In this document: in pieces, positions 13,617 to 27,047 of the stretch
How positions within the stretch are numbered: position 1 is the stretch's first letter
Layout of the letters: every line of letters starts with the position of its first letter
Source: the human T2T-CHM13v2.0 reference genome, Homo sapiens
Strand: one strand, 5' to 3'
DNA: 64,000 nt
NCBI RefSeq assembly: GCF_009914755.1
Contig: NC_060936.1
Position numbers and translations under genes: made by a program
The notes under the pieces: model-generated
The model's input: only the letters and a program-made list of their open reading frames with translations
Told to the model about the DNA's origin: nothing
The model's database searches: none

Positions 13617-14268
13617 CCCTACATCCAAACTCTGGCTGTACTTAGAGCATCCTTCATTTAAGGGTATAAAAGTCGAGTATCGTGAGAGAAGGATGGGATG
13701 GGTTATTTTCTTTGGGTCAGTTACCTTTTGGTTTAATAAGCAATATCCAAGAGGCATGAAGATAATAGTCCCTGGTTGGAGAATCTCCTTTTTGTCACTC
13801 TTAATATTTCCCCTTTGAGTTGCCATTGGATACGTATACTCCATCAAGTCTGGAGTCCAACCTCACAGGCATGGGTTTGGAGCTAAGCTTCTGCTGACTG
13901 TCACATTGGGCAGGCAGTGGGGACCACAGAAGTTCCAGGTGAGCTGATGGGATTTAAAGAATAGTCTTGGAATTAGGGATGTGGAAAGTATCAGTATTTA
14001 TCTTTGGTACAGGTGGCCTTCCTGTTCTGGAACCAAACATTTTCCCTCAAGAAACTCTTTTTCATTCTCAAGTCACATCAGCCATAGTCACACATGGGAT
14101 CAATCCCCTACTGGTTTTTATTATTGTGACTGGGAATTGTGATCCAATCCACTCCACCAGCCCACTACCCGCTAGCCTTATTGGCCTATTGCAACCTACC
14201 CATGTGTGTGGCCAGGGAGGGCTACGCTCCTTCCCTCTGGTTTCTGTTTTCCCCATGGTTTCCATGTG

Positions 14269-14289
14269 GCTGCTGCTGCTGCTGCTGCT
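14269..14289. repeat. (GCT)7 triplet repeat
   Basis: Direct reading. Confidence 0.95.
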
Positions 14290-15640
14290 TCCTCTTGGCT
14301 CTGCCCCGGCTCCAGCCATCTTCCCTATCACTGGTGGTTGCTGCTTCTGCAGGGCTCTGATTCTAGGAGTTTCTCTTACAAGGCACAGCTCCACAAAGCA
14401 GAGTAGCCTTGTCCAGCCTCCCTGGCATGCTAATGTGTGACACTCTCTTTATCTTTCTATATGAAGGGAGGTCCTATACTTGTTCCTGCCACTGTACATT
14501 TGGAATAGGCTGGAAAGAAATTTCCTGGGCCTCTAACCACTTCTGCCCACATTTCCTATACAACCTTGGTTGGCGTTTCTATTTCCAGTCTGCTTGAGCC
14601 AGTGCTTGAGCTTGCTGCTCTGCATATATGTGACCTGCTTCCTAGTCTCATGCCTGCCTATATAGCACAAACACTGGAGGTATACAAACCTTCGAACCCC
14701 ATCTATGCTGCCATGGCTCCAGAAAGCACCATGATCCTTCCAAGCTTGGCTAAGGGTTCTTTACAGATCAAAATGGAAGGACATTTTTTGCCTCCTTAAG
14801 TGACAGGGCTTTCCACCAACCTTCCAGTGGAAATATTCCTATGATAATTCAGTTTCATAACTAGCTTGCTAGAGTTCTAGAGAAGCACCCCAACTTATGA
14901 ATAAGTTCAGGTTCAGGAAATGAGGCAAGATTGTTCAAGTGTTTGAGGCGTGAAGCTCTGATCATCAACCCCAAAGGTTTCCTTTTCCCCTCTCTCAGGG
15001 AGTCTGGAGCCCTCAGCAGTTGAAAACTTTCCTTCATGGTCTTCTTGAAAACTCTGAGTGCCCACACATAACACAAAACTCCCGTTAGCAGCATTTTCAT
15101 TCTCAAGGAGACCTTTGGGGTCCATACAGATTTTTTTTTTTCAGGCTAGCCTAAAAATTGTATTTTTTGAAAAAGAAAAAAGACATTATCTGTAGCTTGA
15201 GAGGCAGAAATTGTTTCTTTTTAAAATGCTTTGTTGTACTTTCTAAGTTTTCTGCACTTTAAAAAAAATAAGATTCAAAGAACCCAGCACATATTTACTG
15301 TTAAACCTGAAAATATTTCTCAACCCCACTCACTTAAGAATCTATATAGTGGGAATCATGTTTTCTAATGCCCTTAATTGTCTTAAAAATTTATCTGTTG
15401 GTTGTCAGTTAAATAAACACCCAGATGTGCTATTTTATAGATCATACAACATATCAAATGTACCCCTTTTTATCCTCTGTATTCTGCATGGCTCCTTGGT
15501 CCCTGGCTTTCAGAGCTAAGCTTAAGTTCTTTGTCAAGGCAGGTTAACTATAGCAGACAGAGCTCTCATCTCCTCTCAGCTCAAAGGAGTAAGTGACTGT
15601 TGTGGTTCATCTATGGGAAACTGTGCTAGCAGAGCTTTAC

Positions 15641-15792
15641 TTTCCTGGACCTGCCGCAGAATGAGATAGAAAGGGAAGGAGCTATAGCCACAGCATCTGG
15701 GAAGGCTGTAGTTCCTGCTGATGCTCTTGGCTCAGTCAATAGAAGAACAAACATGAGGATCAAAAGGATGCTCATAAGAGTCTTTGTGGAAG
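15641..15792 (-). pseudogene. Fossil exon candidate, 152 nt
   Basis: Strong acceptor CCCCTTCTTTTTTTGCCCTCCACAG, donor AAA|GTAAAG; the in-phase frame is open for 50 codons. Confidence 0.55.
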
Positions 15793-16279
15793 CTGTGGAG
15801 GGCAAAAAAAGAAGGGGATAAGATCTGAGTAGAAAGAGACTAAAAATGAATTCAAATTCATTAGCGTTGCTGGTGGAGACTGTTAATGATTCAAAGTATT
15901 TATTTGGATCAGAGAGTCACGGGACTGTTCAATTGAGTGTTTATTTAGAAAAATAGAGCTAGCAGACTCTCCAGAAAGTATAAATTGGGCTTTGGCAGGA
16001 AACCAGCTTCTTTTTGCCATCAGAATGTCATGCGAGCCTCAGGAATGGCAAACATCTGTTTGAAGGATATCCTGACCTTGAATCAGCAGAAAACTCAGAA
16101 GAAACTGCATCAGGATTTGATGTGTAGTTGTCATTTAAGACAGCAAGTGCAGTGGGCATCATTGTGGCCAAGTATTAACAATGGACCAACTATTCAATAA
16201 ATATTTGCTGAATGTCTACTATGTGCCAGTTACTGCTATGTGCTGGGGATACAATAGCTACTAGGACATACCTATGGCC

Positions 16280-16905
16280 CAAATAATTTATTGCTTCACA
16301 TAGACACTGGGATAAAAGTTCACAGTGTGTTGTCATGAATACACTGTACATTTACCGTGTTCTTTTCTTGTGCAAGTTAGAATTTGGTGGACAATTACAA
16401 TGGATATAATATACATCAGTAAGAGAAGCTAAGCCTAGCTCACTATCTTGTACTGCCTAGTTAGCCATTTTTTTTTTATCTCTTGACCATTTACTCATTA
16501 AAATATTGGCAGGCCCACTGAGGGTGGTTGTGTTAAGATTAAAATTATGAAAATATCCTGAAATTCATGAGCATAAGTTTGCTTTTGCACATTATGCAAT
16601 GTGAAAAATACTTAGTTTTCAAATTTTTAAAAACATTTCAGAATTGTAGCTTGTAGTCCTAACAACTTGGAAGGCTGAGATGGGAGGATCACTTGAGCCC
16701 TAGGAGTTCAAGACCAACCTGGGCAACATAGTGAGATCTTGTCTCAAAATAAATTTTTTTTTCCAGAATTGTAGATAAGAAATGATGGACTTAGAGTACT
16801 AGTGAAGAGTGTACAGTGTAATTCAAATAATTTATTGCTTCACATAGATACTGGAATAATAGTTCATAAAATGTGTTGCCATGAATATACTATACTTTTG
16901 CTGTG
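16280..16905 (+). repeat. Direct repeat of about 80 bp (16280-16359 and 16824-16905)
   Basis: Both copies begin CAAATAATTTATTGCTTCACATAGA. Confidence 0.95.
16650..16755 (+). mobile_element. FLAM / Alu monomer fragment
   Basis: GGAGGATCACTTGAGCCCTAGGAGTTCAAGACC; flanking CAGAATTGTAG repeat. Confidence 0.85.
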
Positions 16906-16991
16906 ACTATATCATCAGATTTACCTAGAAAACAATAGATTTTTTCCTTACAAACAAATTTAATTGGAGGAAAATCACCACCACCTCTTAC

Positions 16992-17080
16992 TGATCTTTT
17001 GCCATTCATGTTTGGGTTGTTTCCCATGTTTCAAGGCTGGTATTCCCTTGGGATTGCTCTGCTAGTCGACTTCTTGTGAA
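16992..17080 (-). pseudogene. Fossil exon candidate, 89 nt
   Basis: Acceptor TCTGTTTCCTATTTCACACTACAG, donor TCA|GTAAGA; SQEVD*QSNPKGIPALKHGKQPKHEWQKI, in phase with the previous exon. Confidence 0.55.
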
Positions 17081-17450
17081 CTGTAGTGTGAAATAGGAAA
17101 CAGAATACCACCAGAGCCACACTAAAGCTTCTGAATTGGAGCCAGGAAGTATTTAATTTGATGCACTAAACAGCATAAAGCCAACATCCTGGCTCATGAC
17201 CCCAGTGGTATCAGCATCAACAGCTGGATGAAAGCAGGGGTGGGGGGGATACAAAGATGGGTTGGTGAATACAACCCACTTGCCTTGAGTCTGCATTTGT
17301 GCATCCCAAACTTCTTCCTGGCTTTGTACTTTCTGTTCCCTCTATCTGGAACACACTTCCTTACGACTTTTGAAGAACCAGTTTCTTCTCATCATTTAAG
17401 CATCAGCTGTGATGACACCTCTGAGGGAGGCATTCCTTGACCACCCTATT

Positions 17451-17834
<384 letters not shown>

Positions 17835-18267
17835 TGATCTTGTCATTTGTTTGCTTATTTACTTGTTTATTATTTTTCTGCTTCACAGAGTAAAGACCTA
17901 TCTGACTTGTCCATTGGATCCTTAGTCCCTAGAGCAGTACCTGGCACATTAAGGGGCCAAATAAATATTTGTTGGATACATGAATGACCCTTGTGATATC
18001 ACTAGTTTCCCTATTTTATAATGGCTGAACCACTCTCATCCCAACATCTCAGTGATCCCTTTGTGACAAGTGTCCCAGAAGAAAAATATTGCAAATGTGA
18101 GAAACATGATGGGTCACAAAGTGTGGTAGAATATTACATCAGCTTCATAAACTGTGAATCATAAATCATGGTTCCATCTGTTCTGTGACAGAGTGAAAAC
18201 AGCAAAATTTTCCACAAGATAGAAACTAAAAACAAAGACAAGTCACAAGTTTCAACTCATGGAGTAC

Positions 18268-18390
18268 CTGTTACTATTATTTTGGATCGTTTCCCCTGTC
18301 CTCTATTCTTCAGCAACCATTTCAGTCATGCTGTGCCTTTCTGGAACAGGCTCAAGAATCTACTCGTAGTAGATATTGGTTTCCTCCAAT
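18268..18390 (-). pseudogene. Fossil exon candidate, 123 nt
   Basis: TTTAG acceptor, CAG|GTACTC donor; LEETNIYYE*ILEPVPERHSMTEMVAEE*RTGETIQNNSN; phase does not match the 19813 end. Confidence 0.45.
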
Positions 18391-19184
18391 CTAAACGTTT
18401 TTTGCCCTATAACTTCATGCTTGGCACAGAGAAGCCACTCAACAAATATTTGTTGACTACCAACTGTAATTTCCACTATTATAGTATTCTTCTTTGATTT
18501 TTTAAAATAAAATAAAAATATCCTTTAGAAAAGGTAATCTGCTTATAAAGAAAGCCCATTTATTCACACTCTAGTATTAATCTCATTGAAAGATTTGATG
18601 GAGTATAGAGTACAGAACAGTTTTTTGAACATGGATTATTACAGGAAAAGTCTGGGTGTGGCAAAAGGTGTCCTGAGGAGTGATGGGATGTTAGGGCATG
18701 AAGAAGAATGAAGAAGAGTGTCCAAGACAACTGGTTCATGTTGCAATTTTACTGAAGGTCAGCAAAGTGGAGAATGCTGTTCTGGGAGAACTGGATGCCT
18801 TCAGATTGTGCCAGGTAAAGGCAAGGGGTCACCAGGACCTCCTTGGGTCAACCAAACCACTGTCTCAGTATCTAGGAGAAATTAGATTAAAATGAAGAGC
18901 AGTACACAGATGACAGTTCTGAGAAGCTTCTCAAGAAACTCATAGCAGTGATTGCTCCTGGAGAACAAAAATGAAGGATGATAGGGTGGTGGGTGGTCAG
19001 TAGAATTTTATTTTCCTCCTTATAATTTTTTCTAGAGTTTTAATTTTTTTCCCATGAGAAAGTATTGATTTCACAATTATAAAATTCAAAAATTAGTAAA
19101 AATCATTCTTTTTTAGATTTAGCCATATTAAAATTCTAGCTTAATAAAAATAAATATCAAAACAAATGTAATAAAATAGCACAG

Positions 19185-19543
19185 TGCTGTGGTTTGAATA
19201 TTCTCAAACACATATTGAAATTGAATTACCATTAGGATGGTATTGAGAGATGGGATCTTTGAGAGTGGCTGGGTCATGAGGGCTCTGCTTTCATAAATGG
19301 ATTAATACTGTTATTGTGAAAATGGGTTCCTGATACAAGATTAATTTCAGCTCTCATTTTTCTCTCGGTCTTGTATGCTCACCTTTTGATGCTTTCCCCC
19401 ATGTTATGACACAGTAAGAAGGCCCTCACAAGATGCAGACTCTTAATCTTGGGCTTCCCAACCTCCAGAACATGTCTCTTTTCTTTTTAAATTACTTAGT
19501 TTCTGTGGTATTCTGTTATAGCAGCAAAAAATAGAACAAGATA
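19185..19543 (+). mobile_element. MST-type MaLR LTR
   Basis: TGCTGTGGTTTGAAT...GGTATTCTGTTATAGCAGCA. Confidence 0.8.
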
Positions 19544-19812
19544 TAGGAGGATGTCACAGCAAGGTTGAAATTAATATATCATGATAGAAGAAAAAACCTT
19601 GCATTTGTAAGACACAATTATTCATGCAATTTTTAAAATCTCTGTAGAATGTTGTTCAACCTTCTCAAGACATAATAGCAGCACTGAAAGCAGACCCAGT
19701 AATGGTTCTAGAACACAGATCCTTCAGGCTTAAGCTTCTCTGACATATGGGCCCTACTCTACTCATTCCATTTTTCTTGTGACCTTCTTTCCTTTTTTCT
19801 CTCTCTCATTAC

Positions 19813-19934
19813 CAGTTTAGACTGTTGCCTCTCTGAGTGATTTGAATTCAAATCCCTCAAGAGAAGAACTGATTTGTCACTACATGGTATTCAGGGTAGG
19901 AATAATTTCCTGGCTTTCTTTATTCCCCTTGTAT
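19813..19934 (-). pseudogene. Fossil exon candidate, 122 nt
   Basis: Donor CTG|GTAATG; in phase with the previous exon: (D)TRGIKKARKLFLP*IPCSDKSVLLLRDLNSNHSERQQSKL. Confidence 0.4.
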
Positions 19935-21629
19935 CTTTGCCATAAAATGCAGTCAGCTAAGGGCATGTGTAAATGCATCTGATTTTTTCATCCTGAAAGT
20001 TTCTAACACACACCTCCTGCACTTAAAAAATCCAAATACTGATTCCTTACATTTAGAGCACACTAAATAGATTTTCAAGCCCTCATATGCACTGCCTTAG
20101 TTCATCTCTGGCAGAGAGGGGCTCTCCTATTGTGATCTCCTTCTAAAATGAAAGGGCTGTTTAAATCATAACTGCATGTAGGGAAAGAAGGTTTGCACAC
20201 AGGTATGAAGGTATTATGATCTACAGCTGTTGGGGAGTAAAAGGTTTTTCCAACTACTGTCTGCTTCTGGAACAGTGGACCTTGTTTAGTCTAGAAGTCA
20301 CTGAGCAAGCAGGGCACCATGGTTGTACCCAAGCGTTAGTCAAATGCTTTCAATAATTGTGGTTTGTGTAAGAGAAGAATTGTGCAGAGTTGGAGTGATA
20401 TTAGGGTTACATCAAAACTTTTTTGAGGGTTTTCTTCATTTTCTTCTCCCACAGTTTAGAAAGGGCAGGAGACTCTCATGTGGGAGAACTATATTAGGTG
20501 TGCCTTTATTTGGAACAGAGTGAAAGACCACAGAGACTGAGCCATCTTCTGCTCCTGTGATTTTGTTCAGCGTTTTCACACGTTAATGTTTGTCTGACTT
20601 CTCCTTAATTGCAATAAGTTACAGCCCCCTCCCCAGCCTTTCAGTAGTTTGTTTCTAAAAAATTCCTTGCAGGCAAACTTCTTGTAGGTTAAAAAAACAC
20701 AAGGAATTTACATTGAAATTAACAACACATACTTACTTTAAAAATTAAGTGTATATACATACATGTAATTGAACCTTGGCAGAGAGACCTATCTGTCCAC
20801 CCAAAATACATTCTTCCCCCTCTATAGGGGAGGTCTGAGCTCTGACATACAATAAAGAAGGGAAAGTGTCCTTGAGGGTCATTGTCCAGACAAAAGGCTA
20901 CATTTTCCAGCCTTTTTGCTGCAAATGTGAGCATGTGACTGCTTCTTGCCACAGAAGTGAGATAATATGTATCACTTCTGGGCTGGGAACATCTGCATTG
21001 AACTGAATAACAAGAAAAAAACTTTATTTTGCAAAGCTACTGAAATTTGAGGTTTATTTATTTCTTAAGCTGAGGGTCAGGAAACTTTTCTGTAAATAGC
21101 CAGATAGTAGATATTTTGGGCTTTGTAGGACACATACAGTCTCTGTCTCATATTCTTCTTTTTGTAAAAACTACTCTTGACTCACAAGTTACACAAAAAC
21201 AGCTGCAGGTTTAACTAATTCAAGTTTTTAATACAATAAAAAACAACAAAAAACTAACACAATGAAAACAATGTAAATGGTGCATGAGATGTCACTACTA
21301 TTAACTAGCAACCTATGAGGACTCAGGGAGAAGACCCTTAGGTCACCTTAGCCCACCGTTCCACCGTGAAAATAACTGCACTGTGGCTCTCCCATTGTGG
21401 TGCTTAAGTGCTCCCAAGTCAGTACTATTTAATTGGTTCTCATAAATACAGGAATGCCTCCAAAGTTAAAGTTGAAGCAGTACATGAAACTAATAGAAAA
21501 GTAAATTCCTACAGCCTTAATTGGAGTACCTCAGAGTGTGGCTGCTTTACTGCTTTCTCTCCCACTTTCTCAGCTTTGTCATCATACAGCATTTCTTATA
21601 CTATTGCTATACCTAGTTCAGTGCTAGAT

Positions 21630-21780
21630 CTGACCGGAGTCTTCCAACAATGCATCGACATCCACCAGCAGATCTTGAAGCTCTGCGTGGTAGGACTCCA
21701 AGATGGCGTCTACATTTCCTCGGCCCCCACCCTCACACTACTTGTCATGGTTGCCAGACTTCCTGTTGGTATGCAGGTAT
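21630..21780 (+). promoter_or_regulatory. Putative YY1/ETS promoter and first exon of a plus-strand transcript
   Basis: CAAGATGGCG (21699-21708), ACTTCCTGT (21758-21766), five CpGs in about 95 bp, donor CAG|GTATTG after 21776. Confidence 0.4.
21635..21762 (-). pseudogene. Fossil exon candidate, 128 nt
   Basis: CCAACAG acceptor, GTCAGA donor; KSGNHDK*CEGGGRGNVDAILESYHAELQDLLVDVDALLEDS (amphipathic-helix-like). Confidence 0.55.
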
Positions 21781-22100
21781 TGTCAGGCTTGGCACCTTCC
21801 ATTCCACCCAGGCCCTTGTCTCAGTTGGCACAGAATCCAAGACCACACAAAACTTTTAGGAAAGTTATTGTCCAACAATAGAATGAATAGATAAATGGTA
21901 GATTATTCTGCAGCAACAACAATGGAAATTTGGAAGAATTGAAAATAGTATGAGAAAAAGCTTATAACAGCATATTACATAAAAACAGCAGAATTGCAGA
22001 TTATATATTCAAAATGAATTTAATTGTGTAAAAACAAAGACTTGAAGGAAGTACACTAAAATATTAACAGTGGTATTCCTGGGTGGTAGATTATGAGTGA

Positions 22101-22415
<315 letters not shown>

Positions 22416-23479
22416 TGACTTTTAAAAAATATTATTTTCTATGTTTTTTGAAAATATGTACAAATGACTGGAGTTTTTTTTTAATGACTGAGAAAATAAA
22501 AAGTAGTTCTTCCTATAAAATCTTTGGAGAGCTCTGCTGTCCAGAGTGAGTTCCCAGCCCAACTCCTGTCCTCTGAGAGCTTAGCTGGGAGAGGAACATA
22601 AGTCACCCTCAAGCCTATGTTCAGAACAGGAACAGGACAGGGAAGAGGAGGATGAATGGGAATCCGACTTAACAATGAGGTTTGAACCAGAGGGAATGTG
22701 GAGACCCAGAGCAACCTTGGTTTGGTGCGATCCATTTCTTCCTACCTGCAAGTATTCAACTTGTTTCAGATCCAGTTTCTTATCTCAGCATATGCCCTGC
22801 ATACTCTGCTTGTTCTCTATGCCCTCTCTTCACTCCTTAAGTCATGGCACTGGAAACAAAGGAAGCAAGAGAGACTTTCAGACTAAAGCTGTGTGCTCAT
22901 CTCTTGTTCTCACCCTTCCACATTGAGGGCCAGGGCAGAAGCCTGTCTGCACTCTGTTCCTGCACCCCCACACCCACAGAACAGCCCCTTCATGATGCAT
23001 CTCATCTTTCTTGAGGGACCACTGTGGGGGCTATTCTGTGTCTATCCCCACATAGCTCATCGTTTCACTTGTTTGTGCACATGTATGCACATATATGCAA
23101 GTGCTCCTGAAAACATTTATTGGAACACATGCTTAGGCATAGCCTTCATTTATTCTGCCAGTTAACAAATTTCCCCCCTGCTTTGTGTAATTGCTGCACT
23201 TGGGGACAAGTGTGCTGGCTAAGGGAACAGTAAGTGCAAAGGCCTGGAGTCAAGAACAGGTTTGATTCTTGCCCTCCAGTTGTTCCCATTGTAGTGAAAG
23301 AGACAGATCAGTAAATAGGTAAATGCAATGCTGTATGATGGACATTTATCACTTAGCATTTATAATTAACATTGACATTTAAAAATGTATGTTATTTATC
23401 GTCTTGGTCCCCGATAGAAAATAAGCTCCACGAGGGCAAAGGTTTTTGCATTTTTTTTTGTTCATTCAGTGTCTCTAGA

Positions 23480-24622
23480 ACCTCAAAGAGCTACAGGCAC
23501 ATAGTAGATACCCAATGTTGTTTGAATGGAAGAAAAAACCCCACATTTATCCCTCTGCTCCCATTTTCCCTCCCCAGAGGCAACTGGTGTTATTAGGCCC
23601 TGGGAGGAGTGTACTATTTCAACAGACCACCATGCTCTCCACCAAACTTTGACTTTGGTACTGCAGGTGAGTCTCTGAGTATCCCACAATTTGGGGGATT
23701 CTACTTGCCAGGAGGTGTAGGGTGCTGTCCACCAGCTGTAATGTTGGCTGCAATTGGCTCTGGTCCTCTGAGTCTCATAAGGACCTGGGTACCCTTTTTG
23801 ACTGTGGTGCAAAGGAGGAATCAGGGATTGGCTAAACTCTGGAGACTGCATTCAGGCTTTGGTGGGGACTTGGCATTTAGGAAAATACAAGCCTGCTGCC
23901 ACGTATCGTGAGGCCCTCTCCTTCAGCTCATCGCCTAAGCTTGATAGGCAGGGAACCTGGCAGGAGATAGTCTCTGTATGTGAATGTGTAAAACCTGAGC
24001 TGCATGGAGCCCTCAGTGCCACAAATGTCAGGAGCCTTTGCTTTTGGAGTGGACTTGATGTATGGCCCTTGAGCAGGACCCTGACGAAAGACCAAATTGC
24101 AGGGTCAGGGACCTGGTTTCCATCTCAGAAGAAATATCTTTTTCAGAAGTACTCAAGTATCCACAGATTATCTGAGGAGTCTAATTGAATTTTCCTTTAT
24201 TCCCTTTATAGATAAATAAGGCCTGAATTTTATACTTGGAGCAATTTACAATTTAAAATTTACAAGTATTAAGGAAATAAATTAATAATTACTAAACACC
24301 CATTATCCTTAATGGATTAATTATAAACTATGGTCCAAAAAGTTTAAAAGTGCCCAAGACCACACAGTTATTAAGACCTCAAAGAGCTACAGACACATAG
24401 TAGTTGCTCAATGTTGTTTGAATGGATGAAAAAACCCCCACATTTATTTATCCCTCTGCTCCCATTTTCCCTCCCCAGAGGCAACCAGTGTTGTTAGGCC
24501 CTGGGAGGAGTGTGTTATTTAAACAGACCACCATGCTTTCCACCAAACTTTGACTTTGGGACTGCAGATGAGTCTCTGAGTATCCCACAATTTGAGAGAT
24601 TCTACTTGCCAGGAGGTATAGG
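23480..24622 (+). repeat. Direct repeat of about 245 bp (23480-23721 and 24376-24622)
   Basis: About 90% identical by eye, from ACCTCAAAGAGCTACAG to GCCAGGAGGT(G/A)TAGG. Confidence 0.97.
23578..23666 (+). ncRNA. Putative lncRNA internal exon, 89 nt
   Basis: Acceptor CCCATTTTCCCTCCCCAG, consensus donor CAG|GTGAGT. Confidence 0.45.
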
Positions 24623-24788
24623 CCACTTAATTAGTTTTAGAAACTTGGATGCCTCCAAGTTTCCATTTATGTTTCATTTTGTTTCTGTAAATCCACTTGG
24701 TCAAATTACTACATTTTTGGATTCTGAGTATCTTCCATAAAGCCTAACACATCATAGACTCAACAAATCTTTGTTAATAAACAGAAGA

Positions 24789-25116
<328 letters not shown>

Positions 25117-25738
25117 TCACAAAGACTTTTTTTCTTAAATTTCCAACTTTTAAGTTCAGGAGTACATGTATAGGATGTGCAGGTTTGTTACATAGGTAAA
25201 CGTGTGTCACGGTGGTTTGCTGCACAGATCATCTCATCACGTAGGTATTTAAACCCAACATCCACCAGCTATTCTTCCTGATCCTCTCCCTCCTCCAACC
25301 CCATGTCCTCCGACAGACCCCAGTGTGTGTTGTTCTCCCCATGTGTCCGTGTGTTCTCATCATTTAGCTCCCACTTATAAGTGAGAACATGTGGTATTTG
25401 GTTTTCTGTTCCTGTGTTAGTTTGCTAAGGATAATGGCTTCTAGCTCCATCCATGTCCCTGCAAAGGACATGATCTCGTTCCTTTTTATGGCTAGATAGT
25501 ATTCCATGGTGTATATGTACCACATATTCTTTATCCAGTCTATCATTGATGGGCATTTAGGTTGAGACCATGTCTTTGCTATTGTGAATAGTGCTGCAAT
25601 GAACATATATGTGCATGTGACTTTATAATAGAACGATTTCTATTCCTTTGGGTATATACCCAGTAATGAGATTGCTGGGTTGAATGTTTTTGTTTCTAGG
25701 TCTTTTAGGAATAGCCACACTGTCTTCCACAATTGTTA

Positions 25739-26282
<544 letters not shown>

Positions 26283-26746
26283 TCAGTTTTTAATGGTTTT
26301 TTTTCTTGTAAATTTGTTTAAGTCCTTTATAGATGCTGGATATTAGACCTCTGTCAGATGCATAGATTACAAAAATTTTCTTCCATTCTATAGGATGTCT
26401 ATGTAAGCTCTTTAGTTTAATAGATCCCATTTATCAATTTTTGCTTTTGTTGCAATTGCTTTTGGCATCCTTGTCATGAAATCTTTGCCTGTGCCTATGT
26501 CCTGAATGGTATTGCCTAGATTTTCTTCTAGGGTTTTTATAGTTTTGGGTTTTACATTTAAGTCTTTAATCCATCTTGAGTTAATTTTTGTGTATGGTAT
26601 AAGGAAGGTCTCTAGTTTCAGTTTTCTGCATATGGCTAGCCAGCTCTCCCAGCACCATTTACTAAATAGGAGGTCCTTTCCCCTTTGCTTGTTTTTGTCA
26701 GATTTGTTGAAGATCTGATGGTTGAAGTGTGCAATCTTATTTCTGA

Positions 26747-27047
<301 letters not shown>

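Larger units (their letters stand above)
13261..14655 (+). repeat. Direct repeat of about 300 bp (13261-13560 and 14362-14655)
   Basis: Shared CTCTTTATCTTTCTATATGAAG, CCACTGTACATTTGGAATAGGCTGGAA and TTCTGCCCACATTTCCTATACAACCT. Confidence 0.95.
13020..15150 (-). pseudogene. Large (about 2.1 kb) fossil exon candidate with an internal duplication and microsatellite expansion
   Basis: Acceptor TTTTTAG after a T-rich tract, donor AAG|GTAATG; no interspersed repeat recognised; disordered-protein-like frame pieces (MDPKGLLENENAANGSF..., LENEKEFLEGKCLVPEQEGHLYQR). Confidence 0.4.

Noticed and set aside
14015-14038. Minus-strand VWFQNRKA, resembling homeodomain helix 3
   Set aside because: No helix 1/2 residues upstream and a stop follows shortly; another frame reads more naturally. 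Treated as chance.
13261-14655. The 300-bp direct repeats as paired LTRs of a small retroelement
   Set aside because: No TG...CA termini, PBS, PPT or TSD found.
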